Assembly (NCBI GenBank): GCA_046313635.1
Contig: JBKBYA010000004.1
Span: forward strand, 32,001 to 96,000
Origin: Pyrinomonadaceae bacterium
GTDB lineage: Bacteria > Acidobacteriota > Blastocatellia > Pyrinomonadales > Pyrinomonadaceae
Direction of reading: 5' to 3'
DNA: 64,000 bases
Below are positions 1-9,666 of this stretch, piece by piece; the first letter of the stretch is position 1, and each line of letters begins with the position of its first letter. A model generated the notes under the pieces. That model searched no databases, had not been told where the DNA came from, and was given only the letters and a program-made list of their open reading frames with translations. Both the position numbers and the translations under genes were made by a program.

Positions 1-1152
1 GACCTGAAGCTCGTAGCCCTCGCGGCGCATCATCTCGATGAGAATGGCGAGCTGCAGTTCGCCGCGGCCCGAGACCTTGAACTGCTCAGCCGCCTCGGTC
101 TGCTCGACGCGCAGGGCGACGTTACCCAGAAGCTCGCGGTCGAGGCGGTCCTTGATCTGGCGAGAGGTCACGTACTTGCCGTCGACTCCCGCGAAGGGCG
201 AGGTGTTGACGCCGAAGATCATCGAGATCGTCGGCTCGTCGACGGCGATGACCGGCAGCGGCTGCGGATTGTCAACGAGCGTGATCGTCTCGCCGATGTT
301 GATGTCGTCAAAGCCGGCCAGGGCCACGATCTCGCCGACGCCGGCCTTGTCGACGGTCCGCCGCTCGAGCCCCTCGTAAACAAAGAGCTCCTTGACCCGC
401 GTCTTCTGCGTCGAGCCGTCACGCTTTGAGACGATCACTTCCTGATTCTTGGCGATCTCACCCGAGTAGATGCGGCCGATCGCGAGGCGTCCGACGAAGG
501 GGTTGTAGTCGATATTCGCGACAAGCAGCTGCAGGGTATCGTTTCTGAGCGCTCGCGGGGCCGGAATGGTCTCGATCACTTGCTCAAAGAGCGGAACGAG
601 ATCGGTCGACGAATCGTCGAGACTTCTCTTTGCGACGCCGTCGCGTGAGATCGAATAAAGTATCGGAAACTCGATCTGCTCGTCGTCGGCGCCGAGGTCG
701 ATAAAGAGGTCGTATATCTCGTTGACGACCTCCTCGGGCCGAGCGTCCTGGCGGTCGATCTTGTTGACGAGCGCGATCGCGGGCAGCTTGAGCTCGAGGG
801 CCTTTCTTAAAACGAACCGCGTCTGCGGGAGGCAGCCCTCAGCCGCGTCAACGAGCAGTACGATGCCGTCCACCATCTTGAGCACGCGCTCGACCTCGCC
901 GCCAAAGTCGGCGTGACCCGGCGTGTCGACGATGTTGATCTTGTGATCGCCAAAGCGGACGGCCGTATTCTTGGCCATGATCGTGATGCCGCGCTCGCGC
1001 TCGAGGTCCATCGAGTCCATCACGCGATCGACGACGGCCTCGTTCTCGCGAAAGGTTCCGGATTGTTTGAGCATCGCGTCGACGAGCGTCGTCTTGCCGT
1101 GGTCGACGTGGGCAATGATGGCGATGTTTCTTATCTTATCGGTGGTCAACAT
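1..1152 (-). CDS. typA: Translational GTPase TypA/BipA (3' end runs off the window)
   Basis: Manual minus-strand translation from ATG 1152: [32 protein letters not shown]...[12 protein letters not shown]...[14 protein letters not shown]...NKID...[20 protein letters not shown]; absent from the ORF track because there is no stop in the window. Confidence 0.97.
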   Translation of the reverse strand, partial: MLTTDKIRNIAIIAHVDHGKTTLVDAMLKQSGTFRENEAVVDRVMDSMDLERERGITIMAKNTAVRFGDHKINIVDTPGHADFGGEVERVLKMVDGIVLLVDAAEGCLPQTRFVLRKALELKLPAIALVNKIDRQDARPEEVVNEIYDLFIDLGADDEQIEFPILYSISRDGVAKRSLDDSSTDLVPLFEQVIETIPAPRALRNDTLQLLVANIDYNPFVGRLAIGRIYSGEIAKNQEVIVSKRDGSTQKTRVKELFVYEGLERRTVDKAGVGEIVALAGFDDINIGETITLVDNPQPLPVIAVDEPTISMIFGVNTSPFAGVDGKYVTSRQIKDRLDRELLGNVALRVEQTEAAEQFKVSGRGELQLAILIEMMRREGYELQV

Positions 1153-1184
1153 AGTGCAAAATCTGGCTGCCGAGACAAACGAAC

Positions 1185-1213
1185 ATTCTGATTGATTGAC
1201 GCGCGAAAGGCAA
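1185..1213 (-). promoter_or_regulatory. Putative sigma70 promoter of typA
   Basis: Minus strand TTGCCT-N17-CAGAAT about 30 nt upstream of the ATG. Confidence 0.45.
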
Positions 1214-1232
1214 TCAACGAGGCCGCACTCCG

Positions 1233-1256
1233 CTTTGCGGCTTTGCGGCTCTGCGG
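1233..1256. repeat. Tandem 8-mer CTTTGCGG x3 (CTTTGCG-family short repeat)
   Basis: ctttgcgg ctttgcgg ctctgcgg; same core at 8947-9023 and 61419-61445. Confidence 0.7.
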
Positions 1257-1274
1257 AAAGGTCAATTTGTTCCC

Positions 1275-1421
1275 GTCGTCAGCCCGCTGGTCGAGGACTC
1301 GGCCGACGCTTTCGGCGACGCGTTTGCCGGGTTTGATACGGTGCCGATGGCGCGCATAGCCAATGCCTACGTTCGCTCGGTCGAGGGCCGCATTACCGGT
1401 CGCGTTATCCGGGTACTTTGA
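1275..1421 (+). pseudogene. C-terminal remnant of a short-chain dehydrogenase
   Basis: Reads [48 protein letters not shown], resembling the C-terminus of atypical short SDRs (PRK07578-like, from memory); no N-terminal Rossmann part. Confidence 0.7.
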
Positions 1422-1440
1422 TCGCAGGGGCGTAAATGCG

Positions 1441-1476
1441 AAAAAAAGGCCGAGCCTTTTCGGACCCGGCCTTCTT
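1441..1476. terminator. Intrinsic terminator, probably bidirectional
   Basis: A7 run, imperfect stem aaggccgagcc/ggacccggcctt, T-rich tail; lies between the convergent SDR remnant and trmL. Confidence 0.6.
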
Positions 1477-1582
1477 GCTGCTTACCGATCGTTCACAAGC
1501 GCAGGCTGCGGAAGGGAAGGCTCGGCGATGCGACGGCGGCAGTGCAGGCCCGATCACGTTCGGCTCCGGCTCCAGCGAGTCG

Positions 1583-2035
1583 TCAGCGGCCGATCTGGCG
1601 GAGCGCTTCGTAGAGGACTATGCCGACGCTCGTCGCGAGGTTGAGACTGCGGACGCTCTTGTTGGGCATCGGGATGGTGAGGCACCGGTCGGCGTTAGCG
1701 CGGAGCAGAGGTTCGGGCAGGCCGCGCGTTTCTGGCCCGAATACCAGGCAGTCGCCATCGGCGAATCTGAATTCGGTGTACGGGCGGTCGGTCTTTGTCG
1801 TGAGATAAACGAATCTCGCGACCGGAAGCGCCGCGTACAGTTCGTCAAGGTCGACATGCCTGTGCAGGCGGACGTGCTCCCAGTAGTCGAGGCCGGCCCG
1901 ACGCAGCGTGCGATCGTCCATTCGAAAGCCGGTCACGCCGACAACGTGCAGTTCTGTGAAAGTCGCGGCGCACAGCCTGGCGATGTTGCCTGTATTGGGC
2001 GGGATCTCGGGTTCGACGAGCGCGACGTGCAGCAC
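1583..2035 (-). CDS. trmL: tRNA (cytidine/uridine-34 2'-O)-methyltransferase
   Basis: HVALVEPEIPPNTGNIARLCAAT, RRAGLDYW, FGPETRGLP, RSLNLA SPOUT motifs. Confidence 0.95.
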   Translation of the reverse strand: MLHVALVEPEIPPNTGNIARLCAATFTELHVVGVTGFRMDDRTLRRAGLDYWEHVRLHRHVDLDELYAALPVARFVYLTTKTDRPYTEFRFADGDCLVFGPETRGLPEPLLRANADRCLTIPMPNKSVRSLNLATSVGIVLYEALRQIGR

Positions 2036-2042
2036 GGTCAGA

Positions 2043-2660
2043 TCAATCAGCTCCCTTTACGCTCTCGACAAAGTTTGAGCAGAACTTTGTCCATTCGGCC
2101 TTTTGCACGCCGAGGTAGTAGCCGAGGTTTGCGACCGCGGCGTTGCGTGCAGACTCGATGACGCCGCCGGCTTCGCTGACGTTCTGCTTTTCGCCGAGAC
2201 CGACGACGTACATCGCGAGGCGGGCGCCGTCGCGGACGAGACAGAAGTTGTTGCTCGCCGTCGAGGCAAAGAAATGCGACGTCGTCTTACGGTCACGCTC
2301 GCTTGCCGTCGGGTCAAACGTCGGGCTGACCGTGATGACAAGTTCGTCCGCGTCGTCCACCACGCGCTCGACTCGGACCCAGTCGTACTTGCCTGTGCCG
2401 TGAAGCAGTATGCGAATGAACCGGCCCGTCTCGATGCGTGTGTCGGTGAGCAGCGTGCCGCCCTCATCGAATAGATCGTAATTCGACAGTCCGGAGCACT
2501 CGTTCCAATGCCGCAGGTCGAGCAGGCGCTCGCGGACCTGCGCAAATGCATCGCGAGCCGAGGCCTCGTCGGCAAACTTCCGCTCGGCAAAATTCACCGA
2601 GGTGTCGCCGTCGGGCGAGCTCTCGGCACGATGGAGCAGGGTCGAGGTAAGTGAATTCAC
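2043..2660 (-). CDS. Hypothetical protein
   Basis: 205-aa ORF with protein-like composition, 7 nt upstream of trmL on the same strand. Confidence 0.7.
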   Translation of the reverse strand: MNSLTSTLLHRAESSPDGDTSVNFAERKFADEASARDAFAQVRERLLDLRHWNECSGLSNYDLFDEGGTLLTDTRIETGRFIRILLHGTGKYDWVRVERVVDDADELVITVSPTFDPTASERDRKTTSHFFASTASNNFCLVRDGARLAMYVVGLGEKQNVSEAGGVIESARNAAVANLGYYLGVQKAEWTKFCSNFVESVKGAD

Positions 2661-2812
2661 GATACGTGAATTATAGTTTCAGCGCCGGGATTAATCTACG
2701 CCGCCGAGCATCACGTGCATCCAGAAACGCATCCATATCATCAATTTAGACGGCCAAGTGCCCAATTCTAATGTCTGTGCTACAATCCGCATTCGTGATT
2801 TCCGGAAGGAAT

Positions 2813-3655
2813 ATGTTGAAGAGCCCTGTTTTGTTGTCGGCCCGCCTGCTTTTTGCGGCGGTCATTTGTTATTTTGCGGCCGCAGCGGCGGCCGCCGGCC
2901 AGGAGCCGCCAAAGGCCGGCAGCGAAAAGAAACCGGCCGACGAAAAGAAGGCAGATGCAAAGGTCGACGCCAACAAGGCAGCGACGGCCGAGAGCGTCGT
3001 CGAGTCGACCATCCTTATCTACGGCGGCCTCGGCGGCCGCGACCGGCTCAACCAGATCCGCAAGACTTCATTCGAGCGCGGGCGGTTGAGCATCGCCAAC
3101 GAGACCGGCCAGATGGAGCAGGCGACGTATCAGGTCTGGACCATCCGCGGCGAGAATTTCGAAAAGGAAAAGATCCGCTTCGATCAGGAATATCCGACCG
3201 TCCGATACTCGCTCGTACACACCGGCGACAAGACCTTCGGCATCTACAATAACTCGGTCTTTAATCCTCGGGCCGACGCGGCGAGGACGTTTGAGAATCG
3301 GATCTATCACGGCCTCGAGGCGTTGCTGCGGTACAAGGAGAATGGCTCGACGATCTCGCTCGCCGGACGTGAAAAGATCCTCGGCGTGGATTTTTACCTG
3401 ATCGATCTCACCGATAAGCAGGGCCGCAAGACGCGGTACTACATCAGCGCAAAAACGTATCGGGTGATGATGATCGACTACGAGGATAACGGCGTTAAGT
3501 ACCGCCGCAAGTTTTACGACTACAACTACGCGCAGGGCACGCTCGTGCCTTACCGCTCGACGCTCTCGGCCGGCGACAAGATCGTCGAGGAGACGCAGGT
3601 GCTCACCGTGACCTTTGGGCAAAAGGTCGACGACGGCCTCTTTGCGGAAGGTTAA
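2813..3655 (+). CDS. Secreted protein, possibly LolA-like/lipoprotein-sorting fold
   Basis: GGAAGGA RBS, TGcTACAAT extended -10 at 2778-2786, signal peptide; C-terminal YYISAKTYRV...YYDYNYAQGTLVPY pattern resembles the protein at 14159. Confidence 0.7.
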   Translation: MLKSPVLLSARLLFAAVICYFAAAAAAAGQEPPKAGSEKKPADEKKADAKVDANKAATAESVVESTILIYGGLGGRDRLNQIRKTSFERGRLSIANETGQMEQATYQVWTIRGENFEKEKIRFDQEYPTVRYSLVHTGDKTFGIYNNSVFNPRADAARTFENRIYHGLEALLRYKENGSTISLAGREKILGVDFYLIDLTDKQGRKTRYYISAKTYRVMMIDYEDNGVKYRRKFYDYNYAQGTLVPYRSTLSAGDKIVEETQVLTVTFGQKVDDGLFAEG

Positions 3656-3729
3656 GTAAAAATTGCAACTTCCGTTGGACTGGTCTGTGGAATTAGCTGT
3701 TTCTAATTCCGCTTTTGGAGGTTACTTCA

Positions 3730-4335
3730 ATGGACAGGTCCTTTTTACGTTTTGCGAGGGTCTTCGTGTGTCTGGCTGCGGTCGCGTTCATATCTTCATC
3801 GCCGGCGGCAGGCCAGCAGAGGTCCCCGGTCAGTTATGAGACCGTGCTGCAGTTGGTCGTCGGCTCGACCGACGCCGCTCAGCGCGAGTCTTTGCCGGCC
3901 GCGCTTGCTCCGATCGCGCGGCGACTCGGCGAGAACTTTCCTTTTTCAAGGTTCAAGGTCACCAATACATTCCTCGGCCGCTCGGGCAGTCCGGGCCGAA
4001 TTGAATATAAAAGCGTCGCCGACCCGTTCGGAGCTCGTGATCGGTCCGAGCGTCCGACCTTCCTCGATTGGTCGCTCAGCCTTAGTCCGAATGACGCTCC
4101 CGACGGACATTTGGTCGTGGACAAATTCCGCTTCGGAGCTCGCGTGCCCGTCGTTCTCTCGCAGTTGAAGAACGCGGGAGGCCAGGTCGACGATCTCATC
4201 AACTACGAGGCCGTGGGCCTGACGACCGAGCGGTTGACGCTCTCGCTGGGACGCCCTTCGCTCATTGGAACGATATCTCTGCCGGGCGCGCAGGGAACGC
4301 TGTTCCTGATCCTTACGGTAAGGCCGGCGGATTAA
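3730..4335 (+). CDS. Secreted hypothetical protein
   Basis: GGAGG RBS before ATG 3730; signal peptide ending PAAG-QQ. Confidence 0.7.
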   Translation: MDRSFLRFARVFVCLAAVAFISSSPAAGQQRSPVSYETVLQLVVGSTDAAQRESLPAALAPIARRLGENFPFSRFKVTNTFLGRSGSPGRIEYKSVADPFGARDRSERPTFLDWSLSLSPNDAPDGHLVVDKFRFGARVPVVLSQLKNAGGQVDDLINYEAVGLTTERLTLSLGRPSLIGTISLPGAQGTLFLILTVRPAD

Positions 4336-4441
4336 GAAAACGAACAAGCTTTTCGCAACTTTTACAGCCGCCGAACGTGTGTGTGAGACATGGAGGCGGC
4401 AGTTGTTTGACCGGCGAAACGTTATAGAACAATATGGTTGT

Positions 4442-5089
4442 ATGGCTCTCGACAAGGTCTATCTTACGGACGCGAAAGGCCCGGCTGTCGGGCTGTCGGC
4501 CGGAGACCTTTCGGACCATTCGCTCATCGAAGCAACACGCGCCGGCGATGAAGCGGCCTTTGCCGAGATCATGCGGCGATACAAGGGCCCGATCGTCAAC
4601 TTCCTCTACAGATTTTTGAACGATTACGAAGAGGCCGTAGACCTCGCGCAGGAGACCTTTGTCCGCGTCTATTTCGCGATCGACCGCTATCACACGGAGT
4701 ACGCTTTTTCGACGTACATTTACCGCATCGCGTCCAATCTCGCGATCAGCGAGCTGCGGCGTCGAAAGAGAAGGCGGATCCTTTCGCTGACCGGGCTGAT
4801 AACCGGCGGCGGCGACTCTGGCGACGAGGCGTCGGACTTTCAGCCGCGTGACGAGCGTCGGCTGCCGGACGAGCTGGTCGTCGACGACGAACAAGGGCGG
4901 GTCATCGCAAAGGCGATCGCGGCCTTGCCTGAGAAGTACCGGCTGCCGCTGATCCTCCGCGATGTCGAGGGCAAGTCGTACGAGGAGGTCGCGACGATCC
5001 TCGAGCTCGGACTCGGTACTACCAAGTCGCGGATCAGTCGGGCCCGCGGGCTCCTGAAAGATAAATTGAAGAACTATATTTCGTCCTAA
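4442..5089 (+). CDS. ECF RNA polymerase sigma factor (SigW/RpoE-like)
   Basis: Region 2 EEAVDLAQETFVRVY...FSTYIYRIASNLAISELRR; region 4 LPEKYRLPLILRDVEGKSYEEVATILELGLGTTKSRISRAR. Confidence 0.93.
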   Translation: MALDKVYLTDAKGPAVGLSAGDLSDHSLIEATRAGDEAAFAEIMRRYKGPIVNFLYRFLNDYEEAVDLAQETFVRVYFAIDRYHTEYAFSTYIYRIASNLAISELRRRKRRRILSLTGLITGGGDSGDEASDFQPRDERRLPDELVVDDEQGRVIAKAIAALPEKYRLPLILRDVEGKSYEEVATILELGLGTTKSRISRARGLLKDKLKNYISS

Positions 5090-5094
5090 AGGCA

Positions 5095-5913
5095 ATGAAG
5101 AGCGACAAGATCAACAGCACGAATTTTCACGGCGACGAGGAGCAGAGGCTCGCGGGCCTGCTCGCCTCATTGCCGCAGGTCGGCGCTCCTTCTGACTTTG
5201 AATTTCGGGTCAAGGCCAGGATCGCCACTCGCAGGGGCGAGACGAGCTTGATCCGCCGTGTGCCAGCGTCGCTGCGGCTGGCGCTGCCGCTGCTTTTGTT
5301 TTTCCTGACGGGCGTCGCGGCGATCTTTTACTTTTCGTGGCCCGATGCGCTCACGCCCGGCGAGGCCGTGCAGCCGGCGGCTTCAGCGGTCGCGGACCCG
5401 GCCCCTGCGCAGCCGGCACCCGTTGCAGATCCATCGGTCCAAACCGAACTGCCGTCGCCGGAAGTCGCGACCGGTACCGAGAGTTCTCTGCCGGGGACCG
5501 AAGCGGGCAAGACGGCCGCGGCTCGCAGCGGCGCGGCCCCTCGAGAACGCCGCCCGGCGGGCGGTTCGATGGACGTCAGCCTCGGACAGGCCGAAGCAAT
5601 TTCGCCGACCGACGCTCCGCAGCGCAGCCGAAACGGACTGTCGGCCGATCAGGTGCTCCTTCAGTTGGGAGCAAAGACTGTTTTTGAGAACGACGGCTAC
5701 AGGGTGCTCGTTGTCGAGGACAGCAGCATCGCCAAGATCGCGGGTGTAGAAAAGGACGATGTGGTTCAAAAGATCGGTAAGCAGAAAATAACCGATCGCA
5801 CCAACCTGCGAAACCTAAAGGCCGAGAATATTACCGTGCTGCGCAAAGGCGAGGTCAAAACTCTCCCGCTCAAACCCGCGGCGCCGAGCGCTCCGCAGCA
5901 GCAGAAGAATTAG
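5095..5913 (+). CDS. Putative transmembrane anti-sigma factor with C-terminal PDZ-like domain
   Basis: 5 nt after the ECF gene; N-terminal LPQVGAPSDFEFRVKARI, one TM, Pro/Ala linker, PDZ-like VEDSSIAKIAGVEKDDVVQKIG...ITVLRKG. Confidence 0.75.
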   Translation: MKSDKINSTNFHGDEEQRLAGLLASLPQVGAPSDFEFRVKARIATRRGETSLIRRVPASLRLALPLLLFFLTGVAAIFYFSWPDALTPGEAVQPAASAVADPAPAQPAPVADPSVQTELPSPEVATGTESSLPGTEAGKTAAARSGAAPRERRPAGGSMDVSLGQAEAISPTDAPQRSRNGLSADQVLLQLGAKTVFENDGYRVLVVEDSSIAKIAGVEKDDVVQKIGKQKITDRTNLRNLKAENITVLRKGEVKTLPLKPAAPSAPQQQKN

Positions 5914-6686
5914 TCGTCCGGCGAGCGCCGCGGCACAAGCCACAACGCGGCGACGTAGCCGGCAACGGCGAAGAACTGAATGTAGCCCGTCGCGGCCGAG
6001 TATCGCGGCAGATCGAGCAGCCAGGTCAGCACCTCTTTTGATGGGTTTTGCAGCATCGCCTGCATCCAGCTCTCGTTTGCCGGGGCCGTCACGCCCGCCA
6101 GCAGCAGATACTTTACGACAAACGCCATCCCGACCATCGCTCCCAGTCCGCGAACCAGACGTCTCGCATCAAACTCCGCGAACGCATAACTCACCAGCGT
6201 CCATACAAAGCAGAAGGCGACGATCCAAAACATGATCCCTCGCTCGGGCAGCAGAGAGTTGTAGACCTGCACGGTCGCGGCAAACAGCGCAAAGATCACC
6301 GAAGAATTTGCCGCGAGCGTGAGCGCCGAATGCCGTTCCGAAAACCATCCGTCCAATGCGATCAGACCGCCGCGGGCAAACAGCACGATCGTCATCGCCG
6401 CGAGCAAGAGGCACAGCAGCGACGGCGCGGCAAAAACAAAATGCAAGCCCGGGTCGCTCAGACGCAATCCGCCTAGCAGCGTCACGGTCAGCAGCAGCAA
6501 GGGAAGCAGTATGAACGTAAAAGCTCGCCGCCGTCGCTCTGCCGCATCTTTGCCGAGCACGCGTCGATCGCTGCGCTCGGCGAGCGGAGCGTCGCGGGTC
6601 TCAGACGGCAGAGCCTCAGCCGCGAACGCGTCGGCTTCGACGGCGACGGCGTCGATCACTTCGTTTTCGTCGGTCCGACTCGTCAT
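5910..6686 (-). CDS. Multi-pass membrane hypothetical protein
   Basis: About 6 hydrophobic helices; abuts the upstream gene. Confidence 0.75.
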   Translation of the reverse strand: MTSRTDENEVIDAVAVEADAFAAEALPSETRDAPLAERSDRRVLGKDAAERRRRAFTFILLPLLLLTVTLLGGLRLSDPGLHFVFAAPSLLCLLLAAMTIVLFARGGLIALDGWFSERHSALTLAANSSVIFALFAATVQVYNSLLPERGIMFWIVAFCFVWTLVSYAFAEFDARRLVRGLGAMVGMAFVVKYLLLAGVTAPANESWMQAMLQNPSKEVLTWLLDLPRYSAATGYIQFFAVAGYVAALWLVPRRSPDD

Positions 6687-7214
6687 CTATTTCCTCTCGG
6701 TAAAGATACGCAGCGGGTTAAAGTCGCCGGCCGTGAGCTTGGTGCCATTTTCGAGTTCGGCCCGCAGCTCGGCGGGCGTTCTTAATTTGAGGTCCGGATC
6801 GTCGACCGCGAAATCGGGGTCGATCGCGCGGACGCGGTCGACGGCCTCGATGCCCTTGGCAAAGAGCTCGTCGTCATTCGTCACGCGGCCCCAGCCCTGA
6901 CGATAGAAGCTGTACGCGATGTAGAACTGCGTCCGCGCGTGGCGGCGTTCCGGGTCGGCGCGTTCGAGCAGGTCGCGGGCGGCGACGTAGTTCTCCTGCC
7001 TAAAGGCCGCGAGCCCCGCGTCGAATTTTGCACGGTCGATCTCGTATGTCCCGATGATGACCTGACCGCGCGTTGCGGCGGTCTGAATGGTCGTCGCGGC
7101 CTTGGTCGTGACCTCGCCGAGATCGCGCGGCTGGGCGGCGTAGAGAAAGACGATGAAGGCAAAATAAACCGCCGTTATCGCGATGCCCGTTATCTGGATA
7201 ATGCGTTGGTTCAT
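6687..7214 (-). CDS. Membrane-anchored TPR-like hypothetical protein
   Basis: N-terminal TM, then helical [20 protein letters not shown]...[13 protein letters not shown]. Confidence 0.7.
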   Translation of the reverse strand: MNQRIIQITGIAITAVYFAFIVFLYAAQPRDLGEVTTKAATTIQTAATRGQVIIGTYEIDRAKFDAGLAAFRQENYVAARDLLERADPERRHARTQFYIAYSFYRQGWGRVTNDDELFAKGIEAVDRVRAIDPDFAVDDPDLKLRTPAELRAELENGTKLTAGDFNPLRIFTERK

Positions 7215-7223
7215 TGTTATAAT
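7215..7223 (+). promoter_or_regulatory. Extended -10 element for the amidohydrolase
   Basis: TGtTATAAT 45 nt before ATG 7269, directly adjacent to the start codon of the divergent gene. Confidence 0.5.
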
Positions 7224-7268
7224 CGCGACGAACTTTTACAGCTTACACCGCCTTTCAGACGCATTTCT

Positions 7269-8936
7269 ATGTATAAAGCTTTGTCCGTTCTCTTTGTGGC
7301 CGCGTGCCTCGTCTGCCTGCCCCTGACGCCGGTCTTTGCTCAGAGATTTGCCGCCGATCTGGTCGTCACGAACGCGAATATCCGCACGATGGACGCCGCC
7401 CGCACGCGCGCTTCGTCGATCGCCGTCGCCGGCGGCCGCATCGTCGCGATCGGCAGCGACGCCGATACGCGTTCGCTGATCGGCCCGCGTACCAAGGTCA
7501 TCGACGCCGGCGGCAAGCTGATAATCCCTGGCTTTAATGACGCTCACGTTCACTTTCTCGAGACCGGGCAGCAGCTATCGTCGGTCGAGCTGCGCTCGGC
7601 AAAGACGCCGGAGGAATTTGTACAGCGAATTCGCGATTTCGCCGCAAAGCTGCCAAAGGGCCGCTGGATACTCGGCGGCAAATGGGACCACGAGAACTGG
7701 ACGCCGAGCAGCCTGCCGACCGCGGCGATGATCGACGCCGTGACGCCCGACAATCCGGTGTTTATCGACCGCCTCGACGGCCACATGGCTCTCGCCAATT
7801 CGCTCGCGATGAAGCTCGCCGGGGTCGATAAGAACACAAAGGACGTTCCGGGCGGAGAGATCGTCCGCGACGCGTCGGGCAATCCTGCGGGCGTCTTCAA
7901 GGACAACGGGATGGGATACATCAACAAGGTGATCCCGGCGCCGAGTTTCGAAGAGAGTTTGGAGGCTGCGCAGGCCGCCAGTGAACACGCCGCGAGTCTC
8001 GGCGTCACGAGCGTCACCGACGTCTCCGCCGGCACGGATGTCGGCGTCTACCAGGAATTGCTGAGGCAAGGAAAACTGAAGACCCGGATCTACGGCTGTT
8101 CGACGCTGTCGGATTACAAGCGTTGGGAGCGCACGGGCGTACGATATGCCTTCGGCGACGCGATGCTCCGCGTCGGCTGTCTCAAGGGCTACGCCGACGG
8201 CAGCCTCGGCTCGACGACGGCGTGGTTCTTTGAGCCGTATCTCGACGCGCCCACATCGACCGGCCTCGCGATGGACGTCGCAAAGGCCGAGAGCGATACG
8301 CTCGCCGCCGACAAGGCAGGGCTGCAGGTGAATATTCACGCGATCGGAGACCGCGCGAACGCCGAGATCCTCAACATCTTTGAGAAGGCCGCACGGGTCA
8401 ACGGCGCTCGCGACCGGCGATTCCGCATCGAGCACGCGCAGCATCTCAGGCAGGAGGACATTGCCCGTTTCGGCAAGCTCGGCGTCGTCGCGTCGATGCA
8501 GCCGTTTCACATCATCGACGACGGCCGCTGGGCCTGGAAGCGTCTCGACGAAAAGCGTCTGAAGGGAACCTACGCCTTTCGCTCGCTGCTCGACTCGGGA
8601 GCGGTGCTGGCCTTTGGCTCGGACTCGCCGGTCGCGCCGCTCGATCCGCTGCTGGGCGTGTATGCCGCGGTGACGCGCCGCACGCTCGACGACAAAAATC
8701 CGAACGGCTGGATCCTCGAGCAAAAGATATCGGTCGACGAGGCCGTCCGCGCGTTCACCTGGGGCTCGGCGTACGGCGAGTTTCAGGAGAACGTCAAAGG
8801 CACGCTCGAGGTCGGCAAGGTCGCCGACTTTGTGATGCTCTCGGACGACATCTTTACCGTCGACCCGGTCAAGATCCGCGACGCCAGGGTCTTGATGACG
8901 GTCGTCGACGGCCGCGTGGTTTACGAGGCGAAGTAA
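7269..8936 (+). CDS. Secreted metal-dependent amidohydrolase (YtcJ/Amidohydro_3 family)
   Basis: Signal peptide; [41 protein letters not shown]. Confidence 0.92.
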   Translation: MYKALSVLFVAACLVCLPLTPVFAQRFAADLVVTNANIRTMDAARTRASSIAVAGGRIVAIGSDADTRSLIGPRTKVIDAGGKLIIPGFNDAHVHFLETGQQLSSVELRSAKTPEEFVQRIRDFAAKLPKGRWILGGKWDHENWTPSSLPTAAMIDAVTPDNPVFIDRLDGHMALANSLAMKLAGVDKNTKDVPGGEIVRDASGNPAGVFKDNGMGYINKVIPAPSFEESLEAAQAASEHAASLGVTSVTDVSAGTDVGVYQELLRQGKLKTRIYGCSTLSDYKRWERTGVRYAFGDAMLRVGCLKGYADGSLGSTTAWFFEPYLDAPTSTGLAMDVAKAESDTLAADKAGLQVNIHAIGDRANAEILNIFEKAARVNGARDRRFRIEHAQHLRQEDIARFGKLGVVASMQPFHIIDDGRWAWKRLDEKRLKGTYAFRSLLDSGAVLAFGSDSPVAPLDPLLGVYAAVTRRTLDDKNPNGWILEQKISVDEAVRAFTWGSAYGEFQENVKGTLEVGKVADFVMLSDDIFTVDPVKIRDARVLMTVVDGRVVYEAK

Positions 8937-8946
8937 GACGAACGAT

Positions 8947-9023
8947 CTTTGCGGCCTTTGCGGGAAACTTTTCCTCGTATTTTCCAAATGAGATCTACCG
9001 CAAAGAACGCAAGGTACGCAAAG
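8947..9023. repeat. Palindromic element of 9-mers: CTTTGCG left arm, CGCAAAG right arm
   Basis: ctttgcggc ctttgcggga ... accgcaaag aacgcaagg tacgcaaag. Confidence 0.7.
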
Positions 9024-9062
9024 TTTCTTGTAACGGCTGCGGAGCCGTCTGCACTAAAAAAT

Positions 9063-9590
9063 ATGAAAAAGATCATTCTGCTTTTCAGCATCATCACGTT
9101 GTTCTCATTCGCAGCTCTCGGTCAGGAAAAGATGGCCCAGCCCAAGCCGACCGAGAAGGACAAGACCGAGGCTATCCCGTCGGACGGCTATCTCAAGCGC
9201 GGCGCGGCGATCGGATCGGCCAAAAAGGTCTCGCTCGCAAAGGTCTTTAAGGACCCCGCGAAGTACAGCGGAAAGACGGTACTCGTCGAGGGAACGATCG
9301 TCCGCTCGTGCAAGATGGAAGGCTGCTGGGCGGAGCTCGCCGCGGATAAGGACAGCAAGCGTTCGGTCCGCGTAAAGATGAAGGACCACGCCTTCTTTAT
9401 CCCGCTCAACGCCGCCGGCTCATTCGCTCGGGCCGAGGGCGTATTTTCGGTCAAGACGCTCAGCAAGGCCGAGGTCGAACACATGATCAAGGACGACGGC
9501 GCTAAATTCGACAACCGCAACGCGGACGGCTCAGTCACCGAGATCTCATTCGAGGCGACCGGTATCGAACTGAGACGGGCGAGCAAATAG
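9063..9590 (+). CDS. DUF4920-like secreted OB-fold protein
   Basis: Signal peptide; VEGTIVRSCKMEGCW, VRVKMKDHAFFIP, FEATGI. Confidence 0.85.
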   Translation: MKKIILLFSIITLFSFAALGQEKMAQPKPTEKDKTEAIPSDGYLKRGAAIGSAKKVSLAKVFKDPAKYSGKTVLVEGTIVRSCKMEGCWAELAADKDSKRSVRVKMKDHAFFIPLNAAGSFARAEGVFSVKTLSKAEVEHMIKDDGAKFDNRNADGSVTEISFEATGIELRRASK

Positions 9591-9607
9591 CTCCATCAAG
9601 TGCGTTG

Positions 9608-9648
9608 AAAAGAGAAGAGGCCGTCCGAAATGGCGGCCTCTTCTTTTT
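9608..9648. terminator. Bidirectional intrinsic terminator
   Basis: agaagaggccg/cggcctcttct stem flanked by A and T runs between convergent genes. Confidence 0.85.
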
Positions 9649-9666
9649 ATGTTTCTGATCGAGCGA

